Assembly: GCA_019057475.1 (NCBI GenBank)
Contig: DXJO01000008.1
Location: 32,001 to 96,000, forward strand
Source of the DNA: Candidatus Thorarchaeota archaeon
Lineage (GTDB): Archaea > Asgardarchaeota > Thorarchaeia > Thorarchaeales > Thorarchaeaceae
Direction of reading: 5' to 3'
DNA length: 64,000 nt
Positions 40,663 through 50,573 of the stretch are shown in pieces (within the stretch, counting starts at the first letter, position 1; every line of letters begins with the position of its first letter). Made by a program: the position numbers and the translations under genes. The notes under the pieces were generated by a model. The model saw nothing but the letters and a program-made list of their open reading frames with translations. It did not search any database and had not been told where the DNA came from.

Positions 40663-41445
40663 TCATCCAGCTAGGGATGCCAACCGCAACACCAGAATTC
40701 TCCTTCTCATTCCCGGACTATACGGTCCGAAATCCCAATCACCGTATTCCTCAAGCACCTCAAAGCCGGAGAGTCGCAGAAGACGGTCGGCTTCTTTGTC
40801 GTCTATCAATGCAACAGCATTCTCGGTTTCAATCGTCCAAGTTTCTCCATCCGAATCTGTTATTTCCAAGATGAATGTGCGGCGTTGAATCTGATTTGAG
40901 AGATCAGTGACGAAGACGCCGGAACGCTTCACATGCCTGCCGTCTGTCGTATGCGCATCTTCAGACCACTCACCTTTTTCTTGTTGACCGTTTCCGGGAT
41001 ACAGATCAAGGATGAACACACCATCCTCGTCAAGATGCCTTTTAGCGGAACTCAAGCACCCCAACTGCTGCTCTGTTGTCAAGCAGAACCGGAAGGATGA
41101 AGGAATGATTACCAGAGAAAAACTCTGTTGCAGGTCGAGATCTGTGATGTCCCCCTTCAGAAACGAAACAGGGGACCGTACATTAGCTGGAAGGTTGCGT
41201 GCTTTTCCTCGAGCCACGTTTAGCATCTGTTTTGTGGCATCTACGCCTACAACTTCGTAGCCTGCTTCTGCAAGTTTGAGTGCTACTCTTCCAGTTCCAC
41301 AAGCCAGTTCCAGAATCGGTGGTCCGTACTTCTCTGCCATACTCAGATAGAAGGGAATGTCATCATTCAATATGAAGAGGTCGTAGTATTCAGCAGCATC
41401 CCTGTAGCTCTTGGTGGAGCTGAATTCGGACATTGTCTTCTCCAA
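40663..41445 (-). CDS. Class I SAM-dependent methyltransferase
   Basis: ILELACGTGR, GVD, HLDEDGVFILD. Confidence 0.88.
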   Translation of the reverse strand: MEKTMSEFSSTKSYRDAAEYYDLFILNDDIPFYLSMAEKYGPPILELACGTGRVALKLAEAGYEVVGVDATKQMLNVARGKARNLPANVRSPVSFLKGDITDLDLQQSFSLVIIPSSFRFCLTTEQQLGCLSSAKRHLDEDGVFILDLYPGNGQQEKGEWSEDAHTTDGRHVKRSGVFVTDLSNQIQRRTFILEITDSDGETWTIETENAVALIDDKEADRLLRLSGFEVLEEYGDWDFGPYSPGMRRRILVLRLASLAG

Positions 41446-41561
41446 TCCGACCTGTTTCTTGAGGAGTTCTGATTTGAAGTACCCCTATTCCCAGGGAAGC
41501 TTAAGAACGATTTAAGATGTTTCGATAAAAGATTCTTTGAGTTCAGCGTTTAAACAGTAAG

Positions 41562-41654
41562 AAATTTGGCGGTGCCGCTGCGTTAGAGAGTTCATCTGGG
41601 GCGGGGAGCACATTCACCTTCACCCTGCCAAGAACTATGCCCCCTGAAGCATAA
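41562..41654 (+). pseudogene. 3' remnant of a histidine kinase (HATPase_c end)
   Basis: KFGGAAALESSSGAGSTFTFTLPRTMPPEA* resembles the GG...ES..G.GSTFTFTLP terminus of histidine kinases. Confidence 0.65.
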
Positions 41655-41759
41655 GAATGAGAACGCATTGACCTGTCTGAGCATTTGGAGCACAGCTAAT
41701 TTGACAGGCATGCATTATTCAAGGATGCCAAGAATTGCTCTCTGAGGACTGGATTCAGT

Positions 41760-42605
41760 TTGAACCAAGTATCGGTCACGACCGCACCATTGAATCGTCT
41801 TGTACAAGGGATGTATTATGATATCAAGTCCACAATTGACATAATGAAACGAATATGGGCTGAGTCAGCAGTCGACGGGTTTGAGTTTCAGAAGCTGGCA
41901 GAGTGGGAGAGTGATGGCCCACCTCGAGATGACAACAAGGAATTCACAAGACGGGATGCGTGGAGGGCCGCACCCAAGTACACGGTCAAGGAACTCTCGA
42001 AGCTGCTCAAACAATCTAATGTCCCAATTCTGTCGGTGCACGCGAACAGGGACGTGGGCATTTGCCTTTGCTCAGATGACTTGAGGGAGATTGCACGAGG
42101 GAAGGATATGATACACGAGAGCCTAGCGCTGGCTCAGAATGTTGGTGCTGGTGTGGCAGTATTCCACCTTTGGGACACTTGGAAAGCAGAGTTTAGTCCC
42201 GCCTTCCTACGAAACCTTATGAGCGACATCGTTTCTCGATACCCGAATGTTGTTGCCGCTGTAGAGAACGTGCCAACACATCTTGTGGGCCGTACTCCTT
42301 TCGATCTCGTGAAAGAGTTCGAATATGTAACGCTTGACACTCGATGGGCGGCAATGTATGATGAACTGGACAAGTTCGAGAGCATCAAGGACAGAATCAT
42401 CAACGTTCATCTAAGAGGGCACCTGGAGAACAAGTGGTGGGCTATTGACAACGCTCCATTCACATTTGATGAGGCTCTGGCCAAGATACAGGACGGCTGG
42501 AGGTACAGAGGTCTCTTAACCCTAGAACCCGAGCGGGGACCAAGTGATGTGACGTGGGAGGGCCTGCTGGTTGCGTTGAAGAATCTAAGGAACTGTAAAC
42601 ATTAA
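41760..42605 (+). CDS. Xylose-isomerase-like TIM-barrel protein (AP_endonuc_2 family)
   Basis: DGFE, LSVHA, VFH, AVENVP, TLDT, NVHL, TLEP metal-ligand pattern. Confidence 0.7.
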   Translation: MNQVSVTTAPLNRLVQGMYYDIKSTIDIMKRIWAESAVDGFEFQKLAEWESDGPPRDDNKEFTRRDAWRAAPKYTVKELSKLLKQSNVPILSVHANRDVGICLCSDDLREIARGKDMIHESLALAQNVGAGVAVFHLWDTWKAEFSPAFLRNLMSDIVSRYPNVVAAVENVPTHLVGRTPFDLVKEFEYVTLDTRWAAMYDELDKFESIKDRIINVHLRGHLENKWWAIDNAPFTFDEALAKIQDGWRYRGLLTLEPERGPSDVTWEGLLVALKNLRNCKH

Positions 42606-42701
42606 CCCGGGTGTCATGGGTGCACAGAGGTTATGTGTTGACGATATCTTTCTCTGCGCTTGAACAATCCACGCCCACTAGACAGGATGCGACCGTTCTC
42701 G

Positions 42702-43247
42702 CTATGCTCTGACCTTGTCAACCTCGATAGCTCGTCTGACAAGATCTTTGAACATCAAGTCGACGTTGTCACCCGTTTTGGCGGATGTTTCGTAGTACAT
42801 GGCATTCCACATCTTCTGGACCATTTCCCCGGCCTCGGGCGGCACAAATCTATCCTTTCTGTCAATCTTGTTTGCAACTACGGCGACCACTGCATTTGGG
42901 CAAACAGCGATGAACTTGTCGTACCATTCGGTGACTTCGATGAACGTTCCTGGTCGAGTCACATCATAGACAATGAATGCCATGCTGGCACCAGCCATGT
43001 AGCGCCGCCTCAACATGCTGAATCTTGTCTGACCCGCAAGATCCCAGAAGACCACATTGGCACTGATGTGTTCGCCATCTGGCATATCAACGTCTACTGC
43101 CTTCATGGCAATCGTAGTGCCAATGGTCGCCTTGTAGGTCTCACTAAACGTGCGGTCGGTGAACCTCTTGATGCAACTAGTCTTACCTACACCTCCAGCT
43201 CCCAAAGCGACAAGCTTGAACTTGTGAGTAAGCACCCGTCGGGTCAC
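42702..43247 (-). CDS. Rab/Ras-like small GTPase
   Basis: G1 GAGGVGKT, G2 YKATIG, G3 WDLAGQ, G4 NKID, G5 ETSAK; no C-terminal Cys motif. Confidence 0.93.
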   Translation of the reverse strand: MTRRVLTHKFKLVALGAGGVGKTSCIKRFTDRTFSETYKATIGTTIAMKAVDVDMPDGEHISANVVFWDLAGQTRFSMLRRRYMAGASMAFIVYDVTRPGTFIEVTEWYDKFIAVCPNAVVAVVANKIDRKDRFVPPEAGEMVQKMWNAMYYETSAKTGDNVDLMFKDLVRRAIEVDKVRA

Positions 43248-43384
43248 TCTATTTCCCTTCTATGACTTCTAAACATGATTGCCGTACAAGTATTAGGGTT
43301 TACCGCCTGCGTTCCGCTTGGCCTGCAGAGGGTTTTTCACGTCCCTAAACATCACAGTGAACTACCAGTATCAGGTGTGCGACA

Positions 43385-44200
43385 GTGAATCTCCCTCGAC
43401 TTCTGTTCAGATATCCCGGCGGCAAATTCTATGCTCTCAAGCTGCTGAGACCCTTCTGGCAGAACACCCCTCACGATGAATACCGGGAGGTTATGGTTGG
43501 GGGTGGTGCTGTCTTCTTCGACAAGCCAAAGGTTAGGCACAACTGGCTGAACGACAAGCACGAGGATCTGATGACTACCTATAGAACAGTTGCTGACCCG
43601 GAACTGAGAGGGCGGCTTGTGGAGCTGTTTGAGAAAGAGGTTGCCACCAAGGAACGACACGCAGAGATGAAGGAGTTCATTCCAAGCAATGATTTCGATA
43701 TTGCACTGAAATTCTTCTATCTGAACCGGACTTCATTCAGCGGCAAGACTAGGTCACCATCGTGGGGCTGGCGTCCCGTTAGAAGTCTTCCACCCAATCG
43801 CTGGAAAGAGAGAATCAGACCGTGTGGTGAAAAACTGGAAGATACAAAGATGACATGCTTAGACTTCGAGGATGTCATCATTGCTCCCTCCCTTGGAGCG
43901 TCTACACTGCTGTTCGTGGACCCTCCTTACTTTCTCGCCAAACAAGAGAATCACTATTCCGAATCGTTCTCAGAGAACGATCACTACCGACTAGCAGCAG
44001 TGCTTGAGAAGACATCGCACAAGTTCTTCCTAACTTATGATGATTGCAAAGAGATTCGCGAGCTGTACAGTTTTGCAAGGATTAGCCAGAATAGGTTTCT
44101 CTATCGCATAGATAACTCAAGAAACCGGGGAGGAAAACGAAAATATGGGAACGAGCTTGTAATAACCAACTATGACCATGAGAAGGCCTTGGAATGTTGA
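43385..44200 (+). CDS. Dam/D12-class DNA adenine methyltransferase
   Basis: FRYPGGK, EVMVGGGAVF, LND, FFYLNRTSFSG, VDPPY, ELVITNY. Confidence 0.9.
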   Translation: MNLPRLLFRYPGGKFYALKLLRPFWQNTPHDEYREVMVGGGAVFFDKPKVRHNWLNDKHEDLMTTYRTVADPELRGRLVELFEKEVATKERHAEMKEFIPSNDFDIALKFFYLNRTSFSGKTRSPSWGWRPVRSLPPNRWKERIRPCGEKLEDTKMTCLDFEDVIIAPSLGASTLLFVDPPYFLAKQENHYSESFSENDHYRLAAVLEKTSHKFFLTYDDCKEIRELYSFARISQNRFLYRIDNSRNRGGKRKYGNELVITNYDHEKALEC

Positions 44201-44985
44201 CCACAACATTCACATTCAAGTTTGCTGAGCCTTCTTGCTACGAGGCTGACCAGAAGCAAGGAGGAGCTTGCTGGTCATCTGCAAGTAACAGAGGAAAAAG
44301 AAAAGGGCGCGGTAGAGTGTTGGCGGAAAGAGGGCTGTAAACAGCTGCTGCAAAGTTGGACATATCTGGACAATTTCATTGTGGGCTTCATATAGACCAA
44401 TTCGACATTGATCTCCGAGGAATATGACACACCTGTGAAGGTTCCTCACGGAGTAGTCCAGTGCTGTTTTCTGGACGTACTAGACTTCGGTGTCAAACTT
44501 TGTACAACCTACAATGAACGGTTCGTATGGAGGGAAGGTATCGCGTGTAACGGGAGGAAAAAAGAGCCCGCCAACCCGCGCCACTGTCCATGCATGCCTG
44601 TGAGGCCATTTAAGCATCCATGAAAAACCACGGGGAGCGCAAGAGCAAGGTCAGACGCAACAGATCTACACAATGCATGGAGCCCCCGGCGAGTGCGGTG
44701 TCAAGCAGCTGGTCGAACTGTGAAAGATAATGCTTCAAGTGTCACTCATTCGCTTTTCCCAGCCAAGTCCTGCCAAGAGCAGTTCACAAAATCGGGACGA
44801 TACACGATAAATCGAACAGATACAACGAAGATTCGATTATATTATTTCATGGTAAATCGTTATATGCCTGTTCAGTCAGCTGCTTTCAGAGTCGCCCCAG
44901 CAGAAAATTGCAAGGGAATAACACTGCGACGAGGGCTGGATATCCAAGCTGAATGGACCGATTGCCAATCCAAAGGTGTATGCAG

Positions 44986-47900
44986 ATGAGAATCAGTAGA
45001 AATTCCGTGGGTTTTGCATTCCTGATGACATTGTTACTTGTGTCAGGCTTTCTTTCGCAAATGGGGACTGCATCGCCTAATCTGAGTACTGTAGGAGCGA
45101 TGCCGCACGCAATAGATAATATGCTGAGCCCTGACGCATCGGGTCCTGAAGCAGTGTATGTCACATCCGATCTCCCCTCATCGACAACCGGCACAGGATT
45201 GTTATTGCATGTAGTCGAATATGCTAATGGAACCTTTGTCGAACGCAACACAAGAGCAAACGAATCAACCACTTTCTATCCTCAGAGGTTCGATATTCCA
45301 CAGGGGTGGCACACCACTCAGATCACAGCAATAAGCTCTAAGATGTATCATCTCAGAGATTGGGTACAGAACGGAAATTTCTCAGCCATCACCGGCTGGT
45401 CGTACAACGAGGATCCCAGTCCCACTGGTGTTCTAACAGAGGATTACGATGGCATCAATGACTGGATTACGATTGTTCGTGAATCTGGTGGAAAAGTGCA
45501 ATACGACTATTGGGGCTCGTGGAATCAAACAGTGCAAGTCATCGAGGGTGGAGCTGCCTCTGCAACGCTGAATGTCACTTACAAAATCGATACCACAACA
45601 GGCACCAACGGGCAAACTGCAGAACCGTATCTCTTCGTCAATGGTTCAATGTATGAACTACCATCCGGAGGAAGAAGATTCAGCAGCAATCAAGACTGGA
45701 CTACCTATTCCGTTGAGCTACCGCTTTCTGAATTCACCTTTCCAGGCGACCTAGAAGTGGCGTTGGGCATTCGAGGCTGGAATGGAACTCAGTTCCAGAC
45801 AAAGGGTACCTTAACTTGCGACAATGTCACGTTGACTCTACGGACCTCAAGATTCGTCGAGGCAGTTGACCTGAGAACACGCGACAAAGATGACCCCCCA
45901 AACACGGTGCAGTTCACAACGGGAGCAGGTGGAAAAGGCTATGCCACCCTCTCAGGCAACTGGACAAATTATGTAGAGTTAGAGTTTCTAGCCAATGAAA
46001 CGGGTACTGAGTTCAGTCTGGACCTCTTCATGCATTTGATGCGAAATAACAATCTTGATACCAATACATACACTGTCGCAAACGGCACTGATGCAACTTG
46101 GGACTGTGCTTTTACCGCGCGGGAGATGGCTTACCCATTTACATCCCACTACTTCAATGTGTCAATTCCTCATGATTGGACTCTTGAATCGGTGTATGAT
46201 GCATACAATGACCTTCAGCTGTCTGGCACAACCTACTACAATGCCACATACTACGGGGCCGAATCAATACTCGTATGCGATGTCTATGGTACTGGTGTAA
46301 GCGGAACGCCCCACTACGGCACCTGGACCTTTTCGTCGACCGCCCCCAACTACGGCAAGGCCCTCTCGTCATGGGGTGCACCGGACGGATACTGGACTGA
46401 AACGATCAACTTCTATCCGGGCTCAGATCTCCGGGTCAATGTCACATTCAGCGATGGAATAGAATCCCCCCCGACTTCTCCGGGTAACGGAACGCTGAAT
46501 CTCTACAATGTGGAAACACAACTTGTATACACCGAGTCTGGAGGTGCTCTGGACGTTTCTGGCTTACACATTTACCAGAATGGAACAGGCATATCAAACA
46601 TCACAATTCAACCCTCGTGGCTTGCTGGATCAATCACAGCAATCGCTTCATGGGGCAACGGAACGTCGGTGGGAGAAATCAGGAAGCAGTTCTTCATCTA
46701 TCACAGAACTGAACTAGAGATAGAGGCAGCAGTCTATTACGCGTTTCGAGGGGACACAATCTCCGTAAGAGTCAAGTATGTTGACTCTGAAACAGGACTT
46801 GGTATTCCTGCAGCCTCGCTCTACTATAACTGGACCTATGGTTCAGACGCCATGGGGTATGCTGGTAACGGATGGTACGCAGGATATGTGGATACCTCAA
46901 TGGCCATGATAGGAGATTATCCAGTCACGGTGAACGCATCCAAAGAGTATAACGACTTTGCACTGACAACTGGCATCACAATCAAAATCCAAGAGAGAAC
47001 CACGCTCTTCTCACCTAGGAGCCTGCAAACCCCAACCACTGACTATGAGATCCCATGGGGGAACTCGAAGGTCATCTACTTGGCCTACGAGGATACCATT
47101 CAAATGAATCCTGTGGCCCTGAGTGCCAATCCAGGCAGTCCTGGGAGTCCAGATGTGACTGACACGTACACTTCCAACAATGTCTACGCGACGGTGACCA
47201 GTGTAGGCAATGAAATCTCTCTTACAGTTGAAACCAATGTCACCCCTTACGGTTTCCTGACCGCTGACCTCACTTCGATGTCCTACAAGGCTGAGGGTAA
47301 GTTTAGCGTCGCAGTTAGCACCGGATCTGTTTATGCCTATAACTTCAGCAGTGGCTCCTGGGTGATAATCATTGATTCATACCAACCAGTTGTCGACACC
47401 ACTCTCTCATGGAAGACCCTCAAGCCAAGTGATTTCATCTCTACAGGCGGTATTGTGCGGGCTCGGGTCAATGCAACCCATTCTGCATCCTTTAGCTTCG
47501 ATCTCGACCTCTTCGATTTTGTGGCCAACCGCCCTATCGATGACACTGAACCAAGTGTTTTGATTAAATCAGATTGGCCAGCACAGTCTGTCGTTGGCAC
47601 TCAAGTAGGACCCGTCTACAACGCATCTCTGAATATCTGGCAGGTCACACTGAACACGAGGGATGTTGTACCTGGTGAATACACAGTACTCATTGAGGCC
47701 TCAGCCACTGGACACCAGAGCAAATCCCTAGAGTTGACAGTTGCTCTAAAAGCCCATCAGAGCCGGGTGTCGGTGTATCCACTCTCAGAAACTCCTTGGA
47801 GCTGGAAGACATGGATTAACGTTTCAATTACGGACACAGACAACTCGTCAATGGTGCTTTCGGAGAACAACATCTCATTGATTCAAGTGGAATCCGCTTA

Positions 47901-50508
47901 TGGTATTCAGTTTTTCACCTCATCCAATTGGACGTACAGCGACTCAAGTGGATATGCTGAAGTTGCTCTCCATCTTGACACAAGCGCATGGGACATCGGT
48001 TCTCACTCTGTGACAGTCACAGTGACTACATCAGGCACAGGTCTATCCAAGTTCTTTAATGATCCATCATTACAGCATGTGGATATTGGAATCAGGCGGG
48101 TCAGGACAGGACTCTACGTTGACAGCTCCATAATTTCGGTGAACTGGAGCGATCAGGTGAATCTTGCAGCTTGTTATGATAACCTAGATATAGGTGAACT
48201 GGTGCTTGGCGCAACCGTAAAGGCATCATTGAGTGGCCTATCATTTGATCTTACTTCGAATGGTACAGCGTACACAGCTCACATTGACACTGCACCGCTG
48301 GATGTTGGAACCTACATCATTACCATAACGGCCAACAAGACGAACTTCGAAACCAAAATCATTCAGGTCACTCTTGTTGTGTTTGTTCTTCAGACTGTGA
48401 TGGAGAGTGCAGATGGATTGTATTCATTCTCTGTCGTAAGTGGAGAACATGTCGACCTGTTAGTATACTATTACGAGCTGGCATTTGGACTTGGCGTAGG
48501 CGATGCCACTGTGTCATACGTCTGGGACCTCGGCAGCGGGCTGCTTGTCACAAATGGTACAGCTGGATACTACACGGCAACAATCAATGCAACGGCTTAT
48601 GTGAACATATACACGATCTCCGTGAGAGCCAACAAAACGAACTACGCCACAACCAGCATCTACTTCAGTCTCGATGTGGGCCTTGTTGAAACCGAGCTAT
48701 CATCGGTCGGTGAGCCTACTCTCCGAGTCGTCTTTGGTGAAATGGCATTCATGGTGGTCAACTACACCAGCAAGAATTTGGAAGAACCTGTCACAGGTGC
48801 CTCCTTGCAGTTTAGGTTTGGTGACACAAACTACACAGGCATCCTAACTGAGTCCCAACCAGGAATCTACAACGCCACGATTGACTCCTCTCAACTGCAC
48901 GCCGGGACGTTCAGTTTCTATATTGTGGCGACGAAGGCCGGATACAAGGCTGGTACTCTCGCTCGCCTCTTGGAAGTAGCCCAGATTGACACAATTCTTA
49001 CCTCTACACATCCACCGCTGACTGTTGTCTATGAGTCAATTGCCACATTCTTCTTCAACTACACAGATGTATATTACGGGCTTCCAATAGAGAATGCTAC
49101 ACTTGAGTACACATGGTTGGGTGGGACGGGCATCCTCGATGAGATGGGAAACGGAATCTACAGCACTGAGTTTGACAGCGTTCTCGTGGGTTTCGGACTG
49201 CACAATGTCCATGTGAGCGCTTCCAAGAGCAACTATGTGTTCAGAACTGCATCGTCGACGCTCGAGGTACGCGTCATAGCCGCCGAGGTCATTGTTGATG
49301 AGTACTACACGATTCCTATTGGCGACGCCTTGACAATCCATGTTATCTACAATGATACATCCTACAACAGATTGATCAATGATGCCACAGCTCTGGCAGT
49401 ATGGAGCTACGGAAACGTAGACCTCATTCCCACGGGAGATGGCCAATACTCATTCACAATACCTGAAACCCTTGCAATGGACACCTTCTACGTGACATTC
49501 ATCCTCAGCAAAGCTAACCACGAAAGTGTCAGTGTGCGCGTAACAATTATCGTGCGAGAGATCGCCACTCATCTCTCAACACTCAGTGGCGACAACTTCG
49601 TGGGTGCCACAATCGGTGAGTTAGTCCAGATAACCATGGTCTACACTGATACCGACCACAACATACCCATATCAGGCGCCATACTCTCTGTAACACAAGA
49701 GAGTGGAATTATTGATGAGAGCGATTGGACAGTTGTTGAGGGTCTTGTCCCTGGCCAGTATGTCATATCATTCGTCGTACCGGTTGACGAGCAGTTCAGC
49801 ATACTGGTAAGTGCTCAGAACGGGGAGAACTACAATGCACAGGAGATTACTATTGCAATAGTCGCTACTCCAGTTACAGTGGATCCGCTGACGTCGATGA
49901 TGACCTTATTCGGGAGTCTCGGTGTGATATTCTTCCTTGTTTGCGCTCTTCTCTATGTCAAGATCTTCAGCGTTCCGATAGTGATTCGTCGTCTGAATAG
50001 AATGATCAAGGTAATGTCCAAGGGCGGGATACCCAAGGTCCCGGAGGCCCCAGGTAGAGATGAGATAATCCAAGATATTATCAACACAGGCCTGGCCCCG
50101 GTCAACATATACAAGTCACTTGATGAGATTCCCAAGGAAACTATCGAGCTCATGATACCTGAAACTGAAGCGCTGCTTCAGGAACTGGCGGAGATAACAG
50201 GTCTCACTGAGGATGACATAGCAGCACTCCATTCTGACCTTCTGAGAATGAAGCCTAGTGAGAGGCCCGGGTTCCTAATGGAGGTCATTCGTCAGGAGAA
50301 AGCCAGAAGGTCAAAAATCCTCGCTGAGAAAAAGGAGGAGTCAAAGAGAAGAGCAATCACCAAGGCCGAGCTTGAGGATGTGCGGGCTAGGCTTGAGGCC
50401 ATGGGCTTCGATGAAGGTCAGCTTGAACTGATTATGGAAAATGCGAAGAATCTAACCAAGGCTGAGGTAGATGCTCTGTTGGATAGCATGGGGGACTCCA
50501 CTAGGTAG
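44986..50508 (+). CDS. Giant (~1840 aa) single-pass surface protein with Ig-like repeats and a charged cytoplasmic tail
   Basis: Signal peptide; repeated G.Y.I.I.A.K.NY modules; TM near LGVIFFLVCALLYVKIF; about 180-aa helical Glu/Lys-rich tail. Confidence 0.85.
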   Translation: MRISRNSVGFAFLMTLLLVSGFLSQMGTASPNLSTVGAMPHAIDNMLSPDASGPEAVYVTSDLPSSTTGTGLLLHVVEYANGTFVERNTRANESTTFYPQRFDIPQGWHTTQITAISSKMYHLRDWVQNGNFSAITGWSYNEDPSPTGVLTEDYDGINDWITIVRESGGKVQYDYWGSWNQTVQVIEGGAASATLNVTYKIDTTTGTNGQTAEPYLFVNGSMYELPSGGRRFSSNQDWTTYSVELPLSEFTFPGDLEVALGIRGWNGTQFQTKGTLTCDNVTLTLRTSRFVEAVDLRTRDKDDPPNTVQFTTGAGGKGYATLSGNWTNYVELEFLANETGTEFSLDLFMHLMRNNNLDTNTYTVANGTDATWDCAFTAREMAYPFTSHYFNVSIPHDWTLESVYDAYNDLQLSGTTYYNATYYGAESILVCDVYGTGVSGTPHYGTWTFSSTAPNYGKALSSWGAPDGYWTETINFYPGSDLRVNVTFSDGIESPPTSPGNGTLNLYNVETQLVYTESGGALDVSGLHIYQNGTGISNITIQPSWLAGSITAIASWGNGTSVGEIRKQFFIYHRTELEIEAAVYYAFRGDTISVRVKYVDSETGLGIPAASLYYNWTYGSDAMGYAGNGWYAGYVDTSMAMIGDYPVTVNASKEYNDFALTTGITIKIQERTTLFSPRSLQTPTTDYEIPWGNSKVIYLAYEDTIQMNPVALSANPGSPGSPDVTDTYTSNNVYATVTSVGNEISLTVETNVTPYGFLTADLTSMSYKAEGKFSVAVSTGSVYAYNFSSGSWVIIIDSYQPVVDTTLSWKTLKPSDFISTGGIVRARVNATHSASFSFDLDLFDFVANRPIDDTEPSVLIKSDWPAQSVVGTQVGPVYNASLNIWQVTLNTRDVVPGEYTVLIEASATGHQSKSLELTVALKAHQSRVSVYPLSETPWSWKTWINVSITDTDNSSMVLSENNISLIQVESAYGIQFFTSSNWTYSDSSGYAEVALHLDTSAWDIGSHSVTVTVTTSGTGLSKFFNDPSLQHVDIGIRRVRTGLYVDSSIISVNWSDQVNLAACYDNLDIGELVLGATVKASLSGLSFDLTSNGTAYTAHIDTAPLDVGTYIITITANKTNFETKIIQVTLVVFVLQTVMESADGLYSFSVVSGEHVDLLVYYYELAFGLGVGDATVSYVWDLGSGLLVTNGTAGYYTATINATAYVNIYTISVRANKTNYATTSIYFSLDVGLVETELSSVGEPTLRVVFGEMAFMVVNYTSKNLEEPVTGASLQFRFGDTNYTGILTESQPGIYNATIDSSQLHAGTFSFYIVATKAGYKAGTLARLLEVAQIDTILTSTHPPLTVVYESIATFFFNYTDVYYGLPIENATLEYTWLGGTGILDEMGNGIYSTEFDSVLVGFGLHNVHVSASKSNYVFRTASSTLEVRVIAAEVIVDEYYTIPIGDALTIHVIYNDTSYNRLINDATALAVWSYGNVDLIPTGDGQYSFTIPETLAMDTFYVTFILSKANHESVSVRVTIIVREIATHLSTLSGDNFVGATIGELVQITMVYTDTDHNIPISGAILSVTQESGIIDESDWTVVEGLVPGQYVISFVVPVDEQFSILVSAQNGENYNAQEITIAIVATPVTVDPLTSMMTLFGSLGVIFFLVCALLYVKIFSVPIVIRRLNRMIKVMSKGGIPKVPEAPGRDEIIQDIINTGLAPVNIYKSLDEIPKETIELMIPETEALLQELAEITGLTEDDIAALHSDLLRMKPSERPGFLMEVIRQEKARRSKILAEKKEESKRRAITKAELEDVRARLEAMGFDEGQLELIMENAKNLTKAEVDALLDSMGDSTR

Positions 50509-50573
50509 AACCACATTCTCCGGAGTAATACTGAAGGCTTGACGTCGACCAGAATGCCCCCAACTTGTGACAC

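Noticed and set aside
42660-43265. 201-aa plus-strand ORF and similar long antisense ORFs elsewhere
   Set aside because: They fully overlap well-supported genes on the opposite strand and are shadow ORFs.
44201-44950. Decayed restriction endonuclease after the first Dam gene
   Set aside because: Several short frames, but no recognisable catalytic motif by eye.
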